From the sequence record OQ992561.1: a DNA stretch of 64,000 bases. One strand, 5' to 3'. A program made the translations under genes and the position numbers. Positions 53,493 through 64,000 of the stretch are shown in pieces (position 1 is the stretch's first letter; each line of letters opens with the position of its first letter). The notes under the pieces are model-generated. The model was given only the letters and a program-made list of their open reading frames with translations. It was not told the origin of the DNA and did no database searches.

Positions 53493-55943
53493 ATGATGGT
53501 AAATATTCACAAATATGTAGCCAGCCTTGAGAACCAAGATGGTACGGCTGTGGAACAGGATGTATCCAAAGTCGAGACATCTGTTAAAGATGATCATGAA
53601 CTAGTTCAAGATTTAAAGAAAGATAATGATGCATCTGCAACTATTGAGAATGAAACTGTTAAAACAGATACTGATATTATCTCTGCTGAAGAACATGAAG
53701 AAACAGCACATGCTGCTGATAAGTCAGCAGTAATTGTTGAAGAAGTTGTACCAGAAGAAACTGTTGTTGAGGAAAGTATTCCTGAACCGCTAGCTACCAC
53801 TAGTGTCGAAGAAGGCGAAGAAGCAGTTAAAGTTGCTGAAGCTGAAATCGCTGAAGAAATCGGTACAATTTCTGAAGGTGGTAAAGAGGTTTTAGATTCA
53901 ACCACTGAAATTATTGAAGCTGCACAAGATGCGGCTGATGATACTGAACTAGTGCCTGTTGCAGAAGCACCTGGTGAAACAGCAGTGGAATTAACTCCCA
54001 CTGAAGAAACCCCACTTGGTGACGAAACTCCGCCTCCTGCACCACTGTCTGAAGAACTTCCAGCTAGTGATGAACCCGTGTCATCTACTATGGATACACT
54101 ACCGGATGAAGTATTAGATGCTGGTGAAGTTGTAAGCGAAGCAGTTCCTGGTATCGATGATGATGTGACACCGGAAGAAGCCGGTGCTGAACAGACAACT
54201 GCTGATGAAAGTTCCAATGATGAACCTGATGTAGAGATTACTGAAACTGAAGAAGTCGATGTTACTGAACCAGCTGTAGCTGATGCTGAAACAGAAGTTG
54301 TTGAAACCGTGGAAGACACGCCGGATACAACTGATAGTGAAGTAGCTGAAGTAGTAGAGACGGAATCTGAAAGTATCCCTGCTGAAGCTGAACCGGATGA
54401 AATCGTAGCAGTTGATGAAGAAGTAGCTGTAACTGATCCAATTGTAGAAGAAGCCGCCGAAACAGCAGAAGTAGCTGAAGACGGCTTAAGCGAATTGGAA
54501 GAAGTTCGGGATGAAGCTGAAGAAGAATTAACTAATGATGACAGTGATTCTACTGATGTATTAATTAATGAAGCTGAAACTGAAGAAACAGTTGCTGAAA
54601 CTGAAACAGCATCTACTATTGCTGAACCAACAATTGAAGAAGGTGCAGTTGAAGATGATAGTGAAACAATTGTCGCTGAAGCTGATGATGATGTTTCAGA
54701 AGATGACATCGAAGAAAAGTTAGCTGAAGGTGAAATTGATATTCCAGATGTCGATGTAGAAGTAACTGAAGATGATGTTGAAGAAGCAGATGAAGCTGCT
54801 GATGAGGCAGTTGCTGAAGCTGATGATCTTGAAGATGAAGTTGAGGACAGTAAGAAGACCATTGGTCAATTACTTGAAGAACAAGCATCAAATGAAGCTA
54901 TGATCGAGATTCTGCGTTATGGACTAGAGCATAAGCAATATAGTCCTCAGTTCCTTGTACATGCTAATAACTGTCTAGAACGTCTACACAGTGCTTTCGA
55001 TGCTTACTCACCTGGTATTCCAGCAATGGAGAATTATGGTGATGGTAATCTAGAAGATTACTACAAAGCAATGGTCGCATCACTAGAATCATTTAACAGC
55101 ACTATTGGTAAGTTTGTTCGAAATATTATCGACAACATTGCTGAAGGTGCAAATGCATCCATCCATGTTAAAGCTAACCAAAAAGAACTAGCGGCAGCCA
55201 ATACTAAAGCTGACCAACTTCTAGTTAAGCTTAAAGACACTGATAATTTTGAAAGTAAAGAAATCAAAATTAATGGTATTCTAAAAGGTGATGATAATCT
55301 AGTGCGTGGTGTTGCTGGAGAGGTTCGTCGTATTAGCGATATTATTAACAAATGCTTTAAAATCGATGGTGAATACATCGAACGTTTAGTTGGTCATCTA
55401 GCAACTGCTATTGAAGCTGATAGTGAAGAAGCTATTGATAAGGCTCTAGAAGAAGCAACTAAATTAGAAGTACCTGTTAAGAAATATCCTGAAAGCGCAT
55501 TCATTAGTGGAAAACTAGATGGTAGTTTTACCTTCGAGAAGTCTGGACGTGATGTAACTGGTCGCACTAGTAAAGATATTGAACGATTAGCTGCTATTGC
55601 ACTTCCAACTGGTGAATGGGGTGCTACTGGTACTGGTACTGCTAAAGTTAGCCGTAAAGACGTTACTGAACTAATGAAACTTTCTAAAGTTCTAATTGGT
55701 CTTGGTAATGCCTCTCTAAAAGTTAGTGGTAACCGTGGTGTACGTCGTCTTGACCAAGCTAACCGTGATATCTCTAAAGTGGCTAGCATGGATAGTAAAG
55801 CCGGTAAAAAGAAAGTCCGGCAACTAGCTGGCGCAGTATGGGAAGTTGTTGGCCAATCGGCTGAAAACCACACCATTCTAGTTGATTACATTGTAGCTCT
55901 TACCAATGCAATTAACACTGCTGTGAATCGTGCCATTAAGTAA
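53493..55943 (+). CDS. Inner-body protein (gp97-like) with a very long acidic propeptide
   Basis: 816 aa. About 460 aa E/D/A/V/T-rich, then AMENY and ASLESF. Confidence 0.75.
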   Translation: MMVNIHKYVASLENQDGTAVEQDVSKVETSVKDDHELVQDLKKDNDASATIENETVKTDTDIISAEEHEETAHAADKSAVIVEEVVPEETVVEESIPEPLATTSVEEGEEAVKVAEAEIAEEIGTISEGGKEVLDSTTEIIEAAQDAADDTELVPVAEAPGETAVELTPTEETPLGDETPPPAPLSEELPASDEPVSSTMDTLPDEVLDAGEVVSEAVPGIDDDVTPEEAGAEQTTADESSNDEPDVEITETEEVDVTEPAVADAETEVVETVEDTPDTTDSEVAEVVETESESIPAEAEPDEIVAVDEEVAVTDPIVEEAAETAEVAEDGLSELEEVRDEAEEELTNDDSDSTDVLINEAETEETVAETETASTIAEPTIEEGAVEDDSETIVAEADDDVSEDDIEEKLAEGEIDIPDVDVEVTEDDVEEADEAADEAVAEADDLEDEVEDSKKTIGQLLEEQASNEAMIEILRYGLEHKQYSPQFLVHANNCLERLHSAFDAYSPGIPAMENYGDGNLEDYYKAMVASLESFNSTIGKFVRNIIDNIAEGANASIHVKANQKELAAANTKADQLLVKLKDTDNFESKEIKINGILKGDDNLVRGVAGEVRRISDIINKCFKIDGEYIERLVGHLATAIEADSEEAIDKALEEATKLEVPVKKYPESAFISGKLDGSFTFEKSGRDVTGRTSKDIERLAAIALPTGEWGATGTGTAKVSRKDVTELMKLSKVLIGLGNASLKVSGNRGVRRLDQANRDISKVASMDSKAGKKKVRQLAGAVWEVVGQSAENHTILVDYIVALTNAINTAVNRAIK

Positions 55944-56008
55944 CAAACATAACGGGGAGCCTTCATGGCTCCCTTTTATGCTGTTAGACCATGATCTTAT
56001 GATCTTAA

Positions 56009-59064
<3,056 letters not shown>

Positions 59065-59068
59065 TACC

Positions 59069-61034
<1,966 letters not shown>

Positions 61035-61058
61035 GTGGAGGGTTTATTTAGGTGTATT

Positions 61059-61481
61059 ATGGAACAACTATTTATACGAGTTGATGTGAGGTGGTCACAA
61101 CAATTCTTTTCTGAATTAAAACAATACTTTAATTATACCGCAAAAGATGAAGATGATCTTAACTACTTGATCATTCTTTATATTAAAGAACGACATAATT
61201 TCTTTTGGACATGTGTTCCAGATAGATACAATGATGTAATGTGTAGTTTCTATAAATCAATTTGTGGTTATCCAATAAATCCTAATATCATTGCAAATAG
61301 ATTTGATCAACTCTATCGTGAGATTATGAATAGCTTATTACAAATAAAAGGTATTATCAAAGATATAGTTGCTGTTAAAACAAAAGAAGGGGATATCGAG
61401 GGATTCATTATACATTCTGAATCACTACCTAGGTCCTATCCAAGACCTACTAATTGGAAAGGTGTATTTGAAAGATCTTAA
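61059..61481 (+). CDS. Hypothetical protein (140 aa from ATG 61059)
   Basis: SD aggt before ATG 61059. Confidence 0.65.
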   Translation: MEQLFIRVDVRWSQQFFSELKQYFNYTAKDEDDLNYLIILYIKERHNFFWTCVPDRYNDVMCSFYKSICGYPINPNIIANRFDQLYREIMNSLLQIKGIIKDIVAVKTKEGDIEGFIIHSESLPRSYPRPTNWKGVFERS

Positions 61482-61485
61482 ACAG

Positions 61486-61493
61486 TATATTAC
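61486..61493 (+). promoter_or_regulatory. Early promoter TATATTAC
   Basis: Exact consensus in the ttaaacagTATATTACa context shared with 24941 and 62666. Confidence 0.7.
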
Positions 61494-61520
61494 ACATATG
61501 AACTAATGTGGAGTATATAC

Positions 61521-61646
61521 ATGGAAAACATCCCTTTAAATAAACCTAAACAACCGGTAGTACCTGAAACATGGATAAAACTTCATCATGTAGTCGTATT
61601 ATTCATTCTCTCACTAATAGGAACTTTAATCTTCAATGGTATTTAG
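61521..61646 (+). CDS. 41-aa peptide with C-terminal TM helix
   Basis: SD ggag. Reads MENIPLNKPKQPVVPETWIKLHHVVVLFILSLIGTLIFNGI. Confidence 0.6.
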   Translation: MENIPLNKPKQPVVPETWIKLHHVVVLFILSLIGTLIFNGI

Positions 61647-61654
61647 GAGGACAT

Positions 61655-62047
61655 ATGTCATTTATAATTGCTATATGTCTAGCAGTAATGGTAATAGGTA
61701 TTTTTACTATTGGATCTAAAGTTAGAGCTTTATGGTATCTTATAAATGGTAAAACTTTAAATGAGCATAGGAAATGGCGCGCAGACTTCAATGAAGTAAT
61801 TCAATGGCTTCATGAAGGTGCTTTCTTTACTAAATCAGGTTTATTTAAAGATCAAGCTATCTCGATTAGATTGTGTGAGCTATCGCGCAGTAAGAAATTA
61901 TTCCCAATGCTACGGCGTTCTAAGTTCGAAGTTATAACTGCTAAGGTATTTAGGGAAATAACTGGTGAGCCTTCAGAGTATAATTATTACTTGAAATTTA
62001 ATAAGGCTTATATTGGCTTCTACAATGCTAATCCAGAAATCCAATAA
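61655..62047 (+). CDS. N-terminally anchored membrane protein (130 aa)
   Basis: SD AGGAGG before ATG 61655. Begins MSFIIAICLAVMVIGIFTIG. Confidence 0.7.
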   Translation: MSFIIAICLAVMVIGIFTIGSKVRALWYLINGKTLNEHRKWRADFNEVIQWLHEGAFFTKSGLFKDQAISIRLCELSRSKKLFPMLRRSKFEVITAKVFREITGEPSEYNYYLKFNKAYIGFYNANPEIQ

Positions 62048-62127
62048 GCCTGGAAATGCACCCAATCTAATGAGAAGGTCTATATTCTGATCTTCTCATT
62101 AGTACTCTTGTAGAAGGAGCCATTATC

Positions 62128-62616
62128 ATGGCTGAATTTATTATAGGTAAAGATATATTCAATGTACCTGGTGATCTTTATCTAATCACTGTTAATGTTG
62201 TTGGCGTCATGGGCGCTGGTTTAGCTAAATCGTTTAAAGAAAAGTATCCTGAACTTTTTGAAAGATACAAACACGATTGCAAAAAGAGAATTATTACTAT
62301 TGGTAATCCGGTTATTTACAAAGCATCCGATGGCAAACGTTTTATGATGTTTCCCACTAAGGATAATTGGCGGAACCCATCTCAAATTAGTTTCATTGAA
62401 CGTGGACTAGAGTGGATGATGGAGAACGTATCGGATTCTGCGGAAAATGAAGAAGACTGTATTCATCCAGATTGGAAAATTATCATACCACCTTTAGGAT
62501 GTGCTAATGGCGGACTAGATTTTTCTGATGTTAGAACTATCATTGAAGACTGGTCTAATCACATGCCTAACCAAATTGTGGTTGTTTATCCGCCGTGGAT
62601 GGATTCATCGGTTTAA
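62128..62616 (+). CDS. DarG/TARG1-type macrodomain (ADP-ribosyl glycohydrolase-like), gp104-like
   Basis: VNVVGVMGAGLAKSFKEKYP, FPTKDNWR, ERGL, PPLGCANGGLDF. Confidence 0.85.
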   Translation: MAEFIIGKDIFNVPGDLYLITVNVVGVMGAGLAKSFKEKYPELFERYKHDCKKRIITIGNPVIYKASDGKRFMMFPTKDNWRNPSQISFIERGLEWMMENVSDSAENEEDCIHPDWKIIIPPLGCANGGLDFSDVRTIIEDWSNHMPNQIVVVYPPWMDSSV

Positions 62617-62657
62617 CATTAGCCTTCCCATTAGGGAAGGCTTTATGCCGTGTATTC

Positions 62658-62691
62658 AAAGCATTTTAAACAGTATATTACATTTGTGATA
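62658..62691 (+). promoter_or_regulatory. Early promoter TATATTAC with dyad
   Basis: 31/34 identical to 24933-24966. Confidence 0.75.
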
Positions 62692-62739
62692 TTACTGTAA
62701 ACCATATCATACAACTTAATGTAAATAGGGGCTTTTATA

Positions 62740-63078
62740 ATGAAATTCAATACGATTGCAAAAGGTGTATCTTTTCTTCTGGCCACTGCATCACTGGCTG
62801 GAACTGGGTATGTTATCTACAAGAAGGCTAAGGAAACTAAAGCTAACTTTGACAAACTCATGGGTTTCAGGGATCAGTTTAAAAGTATTTCAAAAGAGTA
62901 TGGCGAATCAGATGAGTTCATGATGTTCGTCAATACTGCAATGACCGAGACAACGGACAGTGCTGTTGCTGAGAGCAATATTGAAAAACATCGACTGGAT
63001 GTAATTCGTAATAAACTGTCGATCATTTATGGTGATGGCTATACGAATCAAGTATTCGATACAGTTCGTAAGATGTAA
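62740..63078 (+). CDS. Early protein with N-terminal hydrophobic anchor (112 aa)
   Basis: GVSFLLATASLAGTGYVIYKKAKE. Confidence 0.75.
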   Translation: MKFNTIAKGVSFLLATASLAGTGYVIYKKAKETKANFDKLMGFRDQFKSISKEYGESDEFMMFVNTAMTETTDSAVAESNIEKHRLDVIRNKLSIIYGDGYTNQVFDTVRKM

Positions 63079-63187
63079 AAATGGATAGGGCCTCACTGAG
63101 GCCCCATTCAAATATGATTACGATAATAAAATTATATTTGAATGAGTTTGTTAAACCTTTAATTAATGTAAAAAAGGAAAATACAAA

Positions 63188-63349
63188 ATGAATATTGATA
63201 AAGTTAAACTTCAAAAACTTATCGCGGATGTGCCCGAGGCACCTAAACATAAGAAGATTAAAAACGTCATCACCAAATATGCGGAGATAGCACTAGGAGT
63301 ATATGTTGGTATTATAATAGCTAAACGTGTTCTAAATATCAAGTTTTAA
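63188..63349 (+). CDS. 53-aa protein with C-terminal hydrophobic helix
   Basis: SD aagga. Ends IALGVYVGIIIAKRVLNIKF. Not in the track. Confidence 0.6.
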   Translation: MNIDKVKLQKLIADVPEAPKHKKIKNVITKYAEIALGVYVGIIIAKRVLNIKF

Positions 63350-63394
63350 TATAATCAAAATAAATCTACATTCATTAACTAATAGGATATTATC

Positions 63395-63712
63395 ATGCTT
63401 TCCATTATCGGTAATGTTGTAAAAACTGGTCTCATGCTGGCTGGTACCATCTATGTGTTCGAAGTCAGTGTGACTGTTTATAATGAGATTAAATTAGAAA
63501 AGAATATCCGTGAAAAAGTAAAGGACTATTCCGATTATATCAAATCTAATTCAAATAATACCACCGTGGAAGTAATGACGGACTTTATTGAAGTAGAGCT
63601 TATATACGTTATTAATGATGGATTGGATATGTTTAACACCATCAGTGATAAACATCGAATTAAATCAAAAATCCGTAACTGGATTAAGGATGCAATTAAC
63701 AATGAACTCTAA
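63395..63712 (+). CDS. Early protein with N-terminal hydrophobic segment (105 aa)
   Basis: SD agga. TGLMLAGTIYVF. Confidence 0.7.
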   Translation: MLSIIGNVVKTGLMLAGTIYVFEVSVTVYNEIKLEKNIREKVKDYSDYIKSNSNNTTVEVMTDFIEVELIYVINDGLDMFNTISDKHRIKSKIRNWIKDAINNEL

Positions 63713-64000
63713 GCTATCTCTTACATTAGGGATGGTAAGTGGAGCCGTACTCGGTAAGCTTGCTTGGGATTCTAGAGAAAAACTCTATGAATTCTATTAT
63801 GGACGAATTATTATCCATAAACTGAAAGCTTATCAAAAGACCATGGATGTCGATAAACTACCGTTCCATCCAGCAACAGCAATGGCCCATTATCTTAAGG
63901 CTAGCATTAATGCATCCAAGGAGACACTTGTGTCACTGGATCTTCTTGAGAGCATTAATGAAGTAGGGCTTAAATATATTGAATCAGTGCGATGCCGTTA
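63702..64000 (+). CDS. Early protein with N-terminal hydrophobic segment, truncated by the window end
   Basis: SD aagga. MNSKLSLTLGMVSGAVLGKLAWDSREK..., no stop before 64000. Confidence 0.65.
   Translation, partial: MNSKLSLTLGMVSGAVLGKLAWDSREKLYEFYYGRIIIHKLKAYQKTMDVDKLPFHPATAMAHYLKASINASKETLVSLDLLESINEVGLKYIESVRCR

Noticed and set aside
53606-54862. 418-aa minus-strand Ser-rich ORF
   Set aside because: Shadow of the GAA/GAT/GCT-rich acidic propeptide on the plus strand. No SD and no independent coding signal.
55061-55876. Minus-strand ORFs of 105 and 160 aa
   Set aside because: Fully antisense to the gp97-like gene. The other short opposite-strand track ORFs nested in long genes were rejected for the same reason.
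61571-61654. Track start of the 158-aa ORF
   Set aside because: It overlaps the 41-aa ORF. An AGGAGG SD points to ATG 61655.

Overview
This is an AT-rich segment of a nucleus-forming jumbo phage, a close relative of Pseudomonas phage phiKZ. It is collinear with phiKZ gp54 to about gp107. Gene numbers come from my recollection of phiKZ proteins plus gene counting, not from a database search. Bases 1-25 kb hold the phage-nucleus/transcription core: chimallin, four non-virion RNA polymerase subunits, the PicA/Imp1 import factor, an SbcD-like nuclease and an SF2 helicase. Bases 26-61 kb are mostly virion genes (a virion RNAP beta' piece, baseplate/neck, inner-body paralogs with S/A-x-E sites) plus the exonuclease half of the split family-B DNA polymerase. 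Bases 61-64 kb are early accessory genes. Features missed by the ORF track: (i) three group I introns in RNAP active-site motifs, carrying an intact, a nonsense-mutated and no homing endonuclease respectively; (ii) a ~370-nt multi-helix, probably pseudoknotted RNA behind chimallin; (iii) a T TTT TTT -1 frameshift site that would fuse a tail-chaperone-like gene to a start-less downstream frame; (iv) a NADAR-like ORF starting at ATA, far from a DarG-like macrodomain gene; (v) a family of hairpins flanked by CATA...TATG; (vi) several small ORFs. I found no tRNA, rRNA or CRISPR array.
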